A stretch of DNA of 58,957 bases, the filler included, from Sphacelaria rigidula (taxonomy: Eukaryota): NCBI GenBank assembly GCA_964200075.2. It is 2 parts of 2 records of this genome, joined end to end, with 100 filler letters (N's around TTAATTAATTAA, not from the genome) between each part and the next. Parts side by side here need not be neighbours in the genome. Positions count along the whole stretch, not along the records: positions 29,547 to 58,957 come from CAXNAA020000082.1; 1 more part is not named here. One strand, written 5' to 3'. The notes under the pieces are model-generated. The model did no database searches, was not told the DNA's origin, and saw only the letters and a program-made list of their open reading frames with translations. Every line of letters starts with the position of its first letter. Positions within the stretch are counted from its first letter, which is position 1. Both the position numbers and the translations under genes were made by a program. Below, piece by piece: positions 48,301-58,957 of the stretch.

Positions 48301-51300
48301 AATTTACCAGCATGCACCGCGAGGGAGATGCCCCCACCTTTACCACACTCGATCCTATCCTTCTTGTGTGGCATTTGACAGCGGCGTCCTCCCACCCCTC
48401 CGGCACCTTGCCAACGTTCAGACATTGACGACGATCCTTTGGGAGTGGTACAGGATCTCGGAAGGTTCCCGGCGAATCCGAACTTGAGGAGTTTAGCAGG
48501 CAGCCCGTCCGGACCCATCGCTTTGCCGTCTGCAAAAGCCCTTCGTACCTCTTCAGTTTTATACAGGCGTAGCGTGTCCCCAGGTGGCGAGGCTTTAGGC
48601 GATGTCTTGATGCTCTCGATGACATTTGGATCGATTTTTGCCGATGTTGTGTTTCTACAAACTAGAGATGTGCCGCTTCCACTCACATACTGAGCCCTTA
48701 TGCTGTAGACTTGTCCTGCCCCCGTCCTTAACTTCTCGCTCTCTAGCTTTGTTCCGGCTAAGCTTCATCCTCCCTTCATACACCCGCATCACCTTCTCAT
48801 GTCCCCAATTTCAATATGCTCTTAATGGGGAGGGGGCAACACAATATCCAAGCAACCACTTCAGACATAATGGACGCCTCTAGTTTCGTCGAATACGTAT
48901 TCAGGCACCCGTCCGACCTATTTTTGATTTCCTTTTCGAGCTTTCTGCACGTTGCTTTGCAAGGTATGCCATGTGGAGCTACCCCCCGACCCTGTTCGTA
49001 ATGCCAACCTCGCCCTCTCCCGTTCATTCCAGGCGTGTTCGAACTCGGCTCGGAGCAGATGATCCTCAAACCACCCTTGAACACGAGGCTATCGGGTCGA
49101 ACATGGCACCATCGGCCGGTAAATCTCAGAAGTTTATGTCGGCGAAGTTAAGCTCGTTAACTGACGGCATCTCCGGGTTTGCCCCGTTTGAGCTCGCTGA
49201 CGATAAGTTGTACGAGTTGCTCACGCCTACCGGAGTCGGGTGTTGTTGCTTGTGTATTTATGGGTTCACGCCCGGTTTGTGTTCGTCGGCCAAAGAGTCG
49301 TACTGTGGCGCATACAACGTTGCGATCTGAGTCCGGCAAGGTGGATGAAGATTGACGGTGGTATTTTGCAAAGGCCGGCGGTGGGCTTGCCGTGTGATGG
49401 CGTACTCAGTACTTTACCTTCCTGCTGGGCGACTCGCGATACTTTTCAGCGCGCACGACGTGCTTCCTTCGTGTGTGTGTTGTCATCCCATCTATTCTGG
49501 ACGCCAGTACACACCTTTCGGTATATGTGGGCGCACCAGCCGAGGTCACACAGGAGGATGGTCAACACAGGAGTTTTCCCTTTTTTATTTGTTTCAGTTC
49601 TCCACCTTCCTTCTGCGGTGCTTGCCTTATTTTTCCATCGAGAAAGGGGTTCAGCAGTCCATTTTCCTCGTCGACCGTGAAGTCAATTTTTGTGTACCCA
49701 CGAAATAGTCGCTCTCCACTGTTGGGCATTGTATGAAAAAAATCCCAGATCGTGTGACTGCACCGAGATTTGAACCCAGGACCCAACCGTCAGAAGGTTT
49801 CGAGATTACCAACTGAGCCACCGGGCCGACCGGAGATTTTGAGGGTAAACATTGCGTATTGGCTGTGGCAGGCCCATCGTCATCTGTACGTTTTGCAAAG
49901 TAGTGCCATTGCTGTCGCCGACCCTACAGCCCTGATGAGTGCCCCCACTATTTCCCCGTGCTCCTCTGTTGTTCTTACACCGCCCCTAGCGTTAGCCGCC
50001 ATCAATACAACAGTGGTCGTTGGTGGGAAGTCGTTTCACAGTGCTGTCCAAATCAGTAAAGAGCACGTCCCAATATTTTGTTGATTTCGGCATGTCTAGG
50101 GGAACATTGGCAACTACAGGCGTGCCAGCATTCGAGTTGCCTGCTACTGCTAGGTCAGAGGTCGTCGACGTGAGGCTCTCGCTGACGAACACCTATGTCT
50201 TCGTAGCCTCCGTTATGGTCGGCTCCCTGACAATCAACCCGACCCCCTGTTATCCAGCCCGTCCGTTACCCCCTACTGTCCCGCAGTGGCGCAAGCAGTT
50301 TGGTCCGTTGTCCTTTCCTCCTTCAGTCCGATGGCGTCACAATCTATCGTGCAGTTGGTCCATATCATATCAGCATGGCCAACCCTGTTATGTCTCGTGA
50401 GCGACACCGAGCGTTGTAGTTGTTACTGTTAGCTGCCCAACTCATGGGCTAGCTTGAGCTCTACCTCCATCTTTTCGCTTCGCTCTTTGTTCTGCCCTCC
50501 TATGTAGTCTTGCCCCCCTTCTACATCTTTCCTGCGAGCACTGCTTCTGTCCCGATTCTTCCGGGCCATCTATCAAGAACATGTCTTGCATTTTGGGTTC
50601 ATCGGGAGGGGACAGCCATCCCAGCCCGCGTCAGCCCGTAGGTCCAGACCACCGAATCTAAAACTTGCTTGCATCTCACCTCCATCTACGCGTTTCCCCC
50701 GGCAGTATCCTCATTTTGGGCAAAACTCTGCAGCTGTAGGGTCTAGCTTGAGTCCCAGTTCGGAGAAACACTCCCCAGCTGCGGGATTGAGCTTTGAGCC
50801 CAACACCGCCGACATGCACACCAGCTATGCTGTATGTTGCATCAAAACTGATATACTACATGGACTAGCCTGCAAATAATCTCGTTCTCCCTGTTTTGAT
50901 TCCAAACGTTCGTGCACACGCTCCAGTTCGCTGAATACACCCGTTGTGTGTGTTTGTTGGAAGGCCATATTAGTGAAACACATGTCGCCAACGCAAGGCA
51001 GATGGGGTGTCTGTGTGTAGTTGACGGAGTTTTTTTTATTTCACGTCTGTCCTGCTGCGCTGTGCGCTATGATCGGCAGGCGGACTGGGGTTCGCCAGGA
51101 GGCAAAATGTCTGCAAGGCTTAGCTACGGAGAAGCAGACGCAGAGGAAGAGGGCAGCAAGAGTATGGTTCTTACCACGCACACCATCATGAAGGTCAGCT
51201 TGCTGTAGTGTTTCGATTGGAGAAGTTATTGATGGCTTATGCGTGGACGCAGTTTGGCGTGCTCGGTGCGATGCAATTTGGAACAGTTTGTATGCCTCGG

Positions 51301-54300
51301 CTTTCACGATAGACGTGGTGACAACCGGTGGCCGGTCCAAGGTTTAGGTGCTCAGGCAAAATGAAACAAGGTGAGTATCGGGGGCAAACACGTACACTTG
51401 TGCTCTCTCTCTGGGCTCAGTGCTACCAATGTGGCGATGTGTTACCCCCTCGTACCACACTTCGTGAAGTGAGATTGATCTCTAATGCCACATAAAATAC
51501 ATTTTCTATGTGTAGTAGTAGGTGTAGTAGATGTTTCTATTTCTTGTGCTAATGGCGCTTTCCCCGCCGTTGCCGTCGCTCGTTTTGCCTACTTGCGTTC
51601 GGTTTAATACACGTCTGGCTTCACTCGCATCCGCACAAACGCGGTACGGCAACGTGCGGGACAGGCGTTCCGATTGTCCATCAACGATCGGAGTAGTGAT
51701 GCATCAGGTGAGCAATACATGACCCAGCCGAGTGCACAAATACACGCCACAATGGCAATCCGTCGAGTATGGTGCTTTATGCTCTTACGCTCCTCGTGAT
51801 TTTTTCGGGGATATGACTTATGTTCCGGTTATAGTGCCTTGACATCTCCACACGAAGGATAAACTACTGACAACTTCGACGTGAGCGCGTTTTCCCACTC
51901 TTGCTTCGCGCCGAACTTGACGCCTGTTACGTGGCAGAGTCAAGGAAGGCGTGCGCGCTGCACCTGGCTATCGATATGTTCAAACACTACAGCGACCTGA
52001 AGAACCTGCGCATGTGCAACAACATTCGAGGGTGAGAAGGTTGACTTGGTGTCAAGATCGGCACGTCGATGCTTCGCGTAGCTGCGCAAGCGACCGCAGC
52101 GATGGCTGTATTCTGCTACTGGTGGTGTCCGTAAACCTGCCCAAATAGGTTGGCTTTACATTCGACACACGGATTTGCTTCCGCACTTGTACCGCTCGTT
52201 TAGTATTGATCGTGATGCCGGCACCTTCGCAGGGTGTTGGAGCAGCACTGGGCAGTGGTGGAGCCCATGTCCACCAAAAGCGACTGGGTTAGCTATCACT
52301 ACTACGTCGGGCTGTTGAAGATTTCTGAAGACAAGGTGTGCTGCCATTTCTAAGTGTTCTCGCCCTTTCCATTCTCAACAAATGTTGCTACACTCGACCA
52401 ACTAGGCCGACCATTGCAGGCGATGGCGTTGTCGCCCCAAGAATGTTGCTGGTTGTTGCTATCTGACATGCCATCTCGTATGGATATACGCACGGTCAGG
52501 ACGAATCAGAGTTCATGCGGGTTGGCTCCTCATGAAATGAATTTTCAACCTGTACAAATTGTTGGTCCCTATGAGTCGAGGGTGGATAACACATATGCAG
52601 CGCAGGCATCTTGCGCGCATTACAGCTGGGAGAAAAGTACGCGTGATTCAGGCCCCATTAAATTACAAGATTCAACCTGTATAAATTGTTGGTCCCGCAT
52701 TCACCCGAAGGTGGGAATAATATACGGACGCCCACCTCGAACGTCTCGGCCAAGCAAGTTGTGCGTGACGTTCCCGCCTCATGGTGGTCGGAAGTGCGCA
52801 GCATGTACAATCGATCCATTCAAATTGCAGTCCAGGGGATGAATATGTGCCCATTATTTACCCCGGTATTCACGGTAGGGAGGAAGAAACAGGTACCATT
52901 GGCATACTGCACGACGCACGAGCTGAAAAGCTGTATATAGTAAAAATGATGTACGAATCCTATGATTTATTCATAGGAACGATTCTATGAGTTATAACAT
53001 AGTCGTCCTAACCGTGGATATATGTCACCGTAAACGGCCACGCTACATCGCCCGGGGCTATGGTAGCTTTGTGGTAGGAGTTCGACTCCAGTGCCGCCAG
53101 TACTTATCGCACTAGTGGTGCGCCCCTATAGGGCCACTGCTGGCCTGAGAATTGCAGTTCACTGAAGATGAGACGACAAAGGAGAACTGCAGCGTAAACT
53201 GTGTACCCTAGTCATGCCGTCATGAGTGCACCCACTCCGTTTTGGCTGAATTATTTCACGTTTGCAGTACAAGGAAGCAGAAATGGACCTGGAGCTGGCA
53301 TTGCGGCATTGTCACCGAAACGCCAAGGCCAATAAACGAAGAATCCTCAACAATCTCGTTCCTCTCAAGCTGCGTCTAGGTGAGCAAAACATGGAGGTGT
53401 TATTGCACACCGGATTTCAATGATGCGACGCGTTGTGCCCTAAGCAGTGCACATATCCTTGTTGTGGTGATGGAGACTACACCGTTCGCTGCAATGCAGT
53501 TGGTGTGAGTAGCGTTTCCTCTGGTTTGCGTACACGTGCGTGGTGTTGGCTACGACTACTCCACATCGAGGAGACAAGATTCGATAAACGGTGGATCCTA
53601 TGTATCCCCACAATTGGGCAATGCTCATTGGTGTGCCGTTCATGCTGTCGCTAGAAAGTTGACTTCTTCAACTCGAGACTCCGGCCTGATTTTCTCGCTA
53701 CATGTGCACAGATGCTACTGTAACGATTTCCCGATTTTCCGATTTCCGACCATGACCATGACCATGACCCACGGCGACAGGAATCTACCCTACAAGAGAG
53801 CTTCTCGCCAAGTATGGACTGCTTCACTTCCACGACTTCTCTACAGCCATACGGTGAAAATGCGGTGAATGGACTCGAAGTTTCTGACGATGTTTACCCC
53901 CTCTTATCTGTGTTCGGACGCTCGAATGTACGAGGTTCTACTGTTGTTGCAGTGCTTCTTCTGCGCTATTGGGATTGTAGGAGTTGTTTGGAGTAACTCC
54001 ACATTGATTTTCTTGGTCTATCGTCTGTGTAATGTGACCCTCACAGAACCGGTGATGTGCGGAGTTTCAATGCTTTGATGGAGCAATGGGAGAGGGTATT
54101 CATCACTAACGGTACCTACTTGCTCATGGAGAAGTGCCTCATGCTCGTCTACCGCAATCTCGTCAAGAAGATGTAAGTGGTACACGAGAAAAGTCATATG
54201 CGGGGGTAATGTTTTTTGGGTTCATGCCAGCGTGGCAACGTGACTTGGTGCTGAATATGTGCAATAGATTGCATGGTTGAAATATCTTTCAGCAGTTCCC

Positions 54301-56163
54301 GTGTTGTAGACTCAATGCCATAGTCGTGTTTGCTTCGAGCTGACCGATCAGCTAGTGCCGTACTGCTCACATCTCGTCGAGAATGGGTTGGCGAATCTCA
54401 CATTCAACATTCTCCTCCTCAACGCAGTGGTGATACTCTCTTGTATTGCGTTCTCTTAATTTTCTTGTTTGGGGTGGATTGTTGTTGTTGTTCTTGCCTT
54501 TGCCATTGCTGTGTTTGTCTCGCGCCTCGCGTTTTGTCGTGTGATTTACTGTCGTGTGATGCCTTTCGTCGTCGGTTGTTGTCGTTGTTGCTCTTGGTGA
54601 TGGCGGTAATGTTGTGTCCTCCATTCAAAAGCGTGGTGGCAACCAAAGCATTCAAGGTGCCATTGTCGGTCGTGCAGTTCGCCTTTCTTAAGATGGAGCA
54701 CGAACGGGACGTGGACGAGATTGAGTGCCTTTTGGCAAATCTCATCTTCCGGGTAAGTCTAAGAGTGGCTAATTCAGGTGCTTTTGATCCGTGTCTAGTG
54801 CCAACTAGCGACCAATGCTCCCCACAGATAGCGGCGGATGATGACTTCATGAACGCCACTCGTGTCAAGTTTTGTGCACATGAGGATATGACCGCAGACT
54901 TTCTCCGTCCCATGAGGTAAGATACCTAACTTTGGATGGATCCTTAACCGTGTCCGATTTTTTCTTCGCTTTTTGTGCATTTTTTAGCGTTATTTGAGTC
55001 AAGGGCATCATTTGTCTTCATCTGATGCCGCGTACCCCACGCGGCCGAACGACCGAAATAGATCAGTAGGCCCGAGAATTTCCTTATTTCACCCCTATTC
55101 CGGGCGCAAAAACACGTCGAAAGCAGCATTAAGTCGTCCTCGCCATCATTGGAACTTGATACTAAAAAGTCCCAATCCTTTTGAAAGGCCTCCTCATCGC
55201 ATTGTGCCACCCTTTGCAGCGCTCTCGCCTTCTGCCGCACCTACACTCTGGTATATTCCACACTCGAAGTCGTTGTTGCCCAACTTCCTGAGTGTTTCGT
55301 TGCACTTTGAAAAAACAAGAAAACTTTCAACATTTCCAAAATTGGGTATATTTCGACTCGTTTCGCGTATAGAAATGTAACTTTTTTTTCTTCACCAGCT
55401 TTGTTCGCGCTTCGTGCTTCCAACGAATCCAACCATGACACCGTCCCTGACACCGTGATACCCAAACGGCCTATTTGCTATAACTACCCTAACTTACGGG
55501 ACAGAAGAAGTACACCGCCACGCCCCGATGATCTAAATTATAGTTGTACAGCTGACGTCAATGGTGTGGAAAGAATACGGGTTGCTTCCCGCCAGATGCT
55601 TTTTAGGCTTCTGTTCCAAAGTACAGTATCTGTACAGTATCTCATGTGTCTGATTGCCGTCGTTGAAAGCATGAAGGCGTATCTGATGCCAGGACTTACG
55701 TGAGTAGCATAAATAGTCTCTTTGAATAAGTTTGCTTTACGAACGTCGACGTTACGGAAGTGCTGATGGTCATGATCCAATCTGCATGCACAAAATGCAA
55801 GGCGTGCACCGAGGCAGAGATGGATTCATCTCTTGAGACTACAGCAGTAAACCACGGACTTGTCCCGAGGCATGGGAGGGGTTGAACGTGTGACGAAAAA
55901 AATCAAACCAACATGCATCAAGAGGAAGCACTCCTCAACATCGCCCCACGATCGGCGTGGGCACTCAAACTGAAATCCACTTCTCGTACGCAGCGCTGGG
56001 ACGCTGAAACAAATCCCTCCACATTTTGGGGCTTTTCCGGTGTTTTTTACCGCTCGCTCCGACGCAGAATCTGGTGAAGGGCTACATTGCTCACAAGCAA
56101 AAGTTCTTGGTTATGGCCAGCACCATCGAAAAGGCCTTCCCCAAGATACATCTTGTCGCGTGA
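35082..56163 (+). CDS. PCID2: PCI domain-containing protein 2 (PCID2/Thp1/Csn12 family; TREX-2-type subunit), 12 exons, 421 aa
   Basis: Exons 35082-35234, 43105-43241, 43922-44015, 51080-51193, 51665-51707, 51938-52031, 52233-52335, 53268-53379, 53781-53853, 54047-54172, 54632-54752, 56068-56163. They total 1266 nt in one frame, all GT-AG. Motifs: VSYHYYVG, HCH..AKANKRRIL..LVPLKL.LG, GTYLLMEK..MLVYRNLVKK, DVDEIECLLANLIF..LVKGYIAH, AFP. Confidence 0.93.
36277..36500 (-). repeat. Dispersed repeat ending in (TTAGGG)n-like units; inverted copy at ~22125-22290
   Basis: CCCTAACCCTAACCC at 36278-36292; the body matches the reverse complement of 22145-22280. Confidence 0.65.
36779..40848 (-). pseudogene. 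Candidate nested antisense gene or pseudogene exons within PCID2 intron 1
   Basis: Exon-like blocks 40848-40632 (CAG acceptor, CAG|GTAAGT donor, 72 open codons), ~37299-37213 and 36890-36779. No recognisable family. Confidence 0.3.
38291..38590 (+). mobile_element. SINE family B copy
   Basis: Collinear similarity to 11424-11815, with an A-rich end. Confidence 0.6.
42228..42600 (+). mobile_element. tRNA-derived SINE, family A
   Basis: Head GCCCCGGTGGCTCAGTTGG (A box) and GGTTCAAATC (B box); ~370-bp body shared with copies at 14180, 27241, 45640 and 49470. Confidence 0.85.
43105..43241 (+). CDS. PCID2 exon 2 (RDLDRECALRV...HYIAAL)
   Basis: CAG acceptor; phase 0 to 2 exactly bridges exon 1 and exon 3. 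Confidence 0.8.
43922..44015 (+). CDS. PCID2 exon 3 (SFLDGMF...WLAPCLY...LAKK)
   Basis: SFL...W..P..Y pattern; AAG|GTATGT donor. Confidence 0.88.
45322..45367. repeat. (ATT)n microsatellite
   Basis: Direct reading. Confidence 0.9.
46530..50820 (-). mobile_element. Degenerate near-full-length RTE-clade LINE (AP endonuclease plus RT) in PCID2 intron 3
   Basis: Frameshifted fragments. Endonuclease: LDSTVKRLPT, YAITRQAHRR, DSDRNVVCATVRL. RT: KAMGPDGLPAKLLK, PEEQSGFRPERS, GVPPRMIEVIREFQDGMRARI, GLRQG, LYADDVGI. Element ends are approximate. Confidence 0.85.
49470..49832 (-). mobile_element. tRNA-derived SINE, family A, nested in the LINE endonuclease region
   Basis: Matches 14180-14527; LINE endonuclease fragments continue on both sides. 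Confidence 0.85.
51080..52335 (+). CDS. PCID2 exons 4-7 (51080-51193, 51665-51707, 51938-52031, 52233-52335)
   Basis: Donor phases 0,1,2,0 are consistent; AFRLSINDR, ESRKACALHLAIDMFKHY, VSYHYYVG. Confidence 0.88.
53268..54752 (+). CDS. PCID2 exons 8-11 (53268-53379, 53781-53853, 54047-54172, 54632-54752)
   Basis: PCI-domain motifs HCHRNAKANKRRIL, YRNLVKK, DVDEIECLLANLI; phases consistent. Confidence 0.93.
56068..56163 (+). CDS. PCID2 terminal exon (NLVKGYIAHKQKFLV...AFPKIHLVA*)
   Basis: KGYI-x-H winged-helix end and FP motif; TGA stop. Confidence 0.92.
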   Translation, partial: NLVKGYIAHKQKFLVMASTIEKAFPKIHLVA

Positions 56164-56742
56164 ACGCGGGCCTACCACGGATTTGAACTGTGCGTCATGA
56201 GTCCTAGTTGAATCTCTAATGTTTGTGTTTCGTTAAGTGTGCTGGGTGGAGGGACAAAAGTTCATCGCCGGCGATAGTGTTTGGGGAAGATGTAGACCGC
56301 CGGGTTCACGCGCGTTTCGAGATGGCAGCGTATTTTCGAGGGAGCCACGCGGGGTGCGGGCTCCGTTGGTTATGATCATGCCTTTTCTGCTGTTTGCGTT
56401 CAGTAGATTCAAGGAAGCCAAGTGGCAGTAGTGTAGAGTCCAACACTTGCTGATGATTTTGTGTCGTGTGTACATAAGGAAGTGTGGTGGCGTGTAATTG
56501 TCAGGTGATCGTGAGCGTTTGCTGTACAGTCATCTGGCGGTGGAGTTCCGGAATATTGCAGGGCGTCGCGATTCGAACCTGTGGTTTATTGTCTCGTGGT
56601 AGACCCGAAGAGCTACAGTACAGGAGCAGTACAGACGAGGCATGGTCATCGTCCATTTGGTACACTAGGTATAATTATTCAATATTCAATAGATTGTGTT
56701 CTCAGCTGAGGTGGAAGGAGGCATTCAAACCGTCGCTGTAAC

Positions 56743-56818
56743 ACTGCCCGTGGCTGGGATTTTGATTGATTGATTGATTACCTCACATTACCTGATTGCA
56801 AACTGCCCGTGGCTGGGA
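56743..56818 (-). mobile_element. 42-bp retroposed stub with (CAAT)n tail flanked by a perfect 17-bp TSD
   Basis: ACTGCCCGTGGCTGGGA at 56743-56759 and 56802-56818. Confidence 0.75.
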
Positions 56819-58861
56819 ATCGATACGGTACACATCTTGCCTTGGTCTACTTGTTATCGGCGCTGCTCTTTACGCTCGTGATGCCCGGTCATACTTCCAC
56901 AAACGACCGAAGTACAATATGCTTACATGTGATTCGCCGCGGGACGAAACTCCTGGTAAAAATCATTTCACATTTTTGTTACATGCATCGATGATTTCGA
57001 ACCCACTGCAGGTACTGAGATATTTTCGTTTTTCTTGATATGTAAATAATGCCACAGTGAAATTTCATCTCGCGCGGCAACACTCCTTGGGGCCGTTGGC
57101 ATTGTCATCAGCGTGATGTCCAGTGCTGGTTCATGCCCTGCTTTTCCGCACAAATCTGAGGTGCACTTACCCTCAGCGTGCTCCCCCAGCTGGCTGAGCG
57201 GCTTCCCCAGCTGGTTGCGGCATGTTCTTCCTCAATTTCAGGTAGTCCTGCCGCTGTTATTGATTGTACCCTTGCGACGCAAAGCTAACGTGATCTCACG
57301 TCGTATCGACTGGTGTGATGTTTGCTGGATATCGTCGACACATTTGTGTACATTTTCGCGTGTCATGTTGCACGTCGTCGTTCATTTCGGAACAGTTGGG
57401 GAGTTTACCGTCACCCCCTCGCTCTCTATACCATTCACGGTAGCCTAGAGACCGTACCGCACCCCCCTACTGTACATAGTGCGCATAGAGAGCGCGTTGG
57501 GAACGGAGGTGAGAACACTTGACCAATTGTCCATGTACTGCATATTACCCCTACAGCTAAATATAGCTGCTTGCACAGGCCGCTTCATAGTGTACTACTT
57601 TTGCGCTGATGGCGTATAACTTTCTTCTTCTAATCTGGGACACCGGAAGGCAGCGAGGCGGGGCCAGGGCCAGGGCTAGGCGTACAGGTGTCCCAGTAGG
57701 AAGTAGTGCAGGTGTGGGAGATGTGCCACCCACAGTTCAGTGGTACCGTAGGCAATTTTCATGGTTGAATCGTACTTGGTTTCAATGGAGACCACAACAT
57801 TCGAGACATTTCTTCCACGGCTGGGGGTGAGATTGTGCCATATCTCATTTTCTAAAATCGACTTGCGCACCGAGTCGGTTTGATCTTGTTTTGGGTAGAT
57901 ATGGGTTCACAAAGGGAAAGGGCCACAGGAACGAACAGTCACGTGACCGAGCAAGGTACTCCAATAGCACGTAACTCACGCCAACGGGGGTTAACCAATG
58001 GCGTTCCACAAGTCCATGGAAACTTAGAGAATGTAGAGATTCCTGGATTTGTAGCCGCTCTTGTCAAGCATTCCTCAGCATTTGTGAAACACCCAAGGAC
58101 AGACGCATGTGATGTAAAGATAATCCTCTTTCGGCTACGTACACGGAACTTTTGTTCGCGGAAATCGTTTCAGTAGGGGATGAGAAACGCGAAGACTCGC
58201 GAGTTTCATCATGGAAACGGGCGTATTTTCTACCGTTTGCACTGGTTAGACTGCGCCATGGCTACTGAAAGCATTGGTTCTCACTCAGTTCGTAGTGGAT
58301 CAAACCGAAAAAAGTACACCATGCCCACTTGGCTCAAGAGCTACATTTTGATGCAGGTGGGTATTTTTGCATCGAGCACGAGAGCTAGCACGACGGGGGT
58401 GCCGGCTTTATGCTTCTAGTCGTACAACTAAACCCTTTTGGGACCGCACCCCCACTAACACAGGATTGACCCTGTGTCAGTGAAATCATTGAAAATAAGT
58501 CTTCGAGCGACCTGCCCAATCACGGCGAGGCGAAAATTATCGACCAGACCCGAACGACCAGCGCAGGGGTCGTTGTCGAGTGTGATGCCACTGCAAATAT
58601 CGTGTGGGGGCCCTACCCCTGGCCCAGGTAAGCCTCTCCAGGTTTCCAAGTGCAAGATGGTCGCGGCTTGGTTTCATGGTATTACTTGCACTCAGTATAT
58701 CGTTCCCAAGTTTTTCCGGGGTGTTTTTTGGGTCCCAATTATATATTTAAACGTACGAAGTATTAATTTACACTAACACAGGGTGAGCCGGAAAAAACAG
58801 GGAAGGAATGTACATGCCACTATGCAGGGGTCAGCGCGGATAAAGATTTCGGACACGTAAG

Positions 58862-58895
<34 letters not shown>

Positions 58896-58957
58896 CGCCC
58901 CACGGCGCGCCCCCCCACGCCCTCCGCAGCGTGGACGGCCCCCCCGCCCCCAACCCC
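58862..58957. repeat. Poly-C tract and C-rich low-complexity end
   Basis: About 33 consecutive C followed by C-rich sequence; possibly low-quality sequence. Confidence 0.85.

Noticed and set aside
58430..58800. Exon-like block 58481-58627 with a GTAAGC donor
   Set aside because: It is preceded by a CCCTTTTGGGACC piggyBac-like end and a CACTAACACAGG hairpin that recurs at 58771. More likely TE-internal, and I recognise no protein family.

Overview
Eukaryotic nuclear DNA of about 50% GC, with short GT-AG exons in long, transposon-filled introns. The gene architecture and RTE-type LINEs suggest a brown alga or related stramenopile (inference). Most entries in the ORF track are spurious. Manual splicing gives four protein genes with consistent intron phases. 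(1) An HSPA12-type atypical HSP70 (+, 764-29284, seven exons, 16.5-kb first intron), cut off at the assembly gap. (2) The last two exons of a Lines (LINS1) homolog (+, 31837-32752). (3) A compact four-exon gene (-, 32924-34700) for a membrane-anchored protein with a UPF0669/C6orf120- or PPC-like domain and a His-rich loop. (4) A complete 12-exon PCI-domain gene, PCID2/Thp1/Csn12-like (+, 35082-56163, 421 aa), head-to-head with gene 3. The gap at 29447-29546 is an artificial N44-TTAATTAATTAA-N44 joiner, so the two halves may not be true neighbours. The rest is decayed RTE LINEs, at least two tRNA-derived SINE families, and hAT-, Stowaway-, piggyBac-like and foldback MITEs. A possible nested antisense (pseudo)gene lies in PCID2 intron 1. 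I see no CRISPR array, rRNA or intact tRNA, and no convincingly new multi-gene system. The best leads are the uncharacterised membrane protein and the nested antisense exons.
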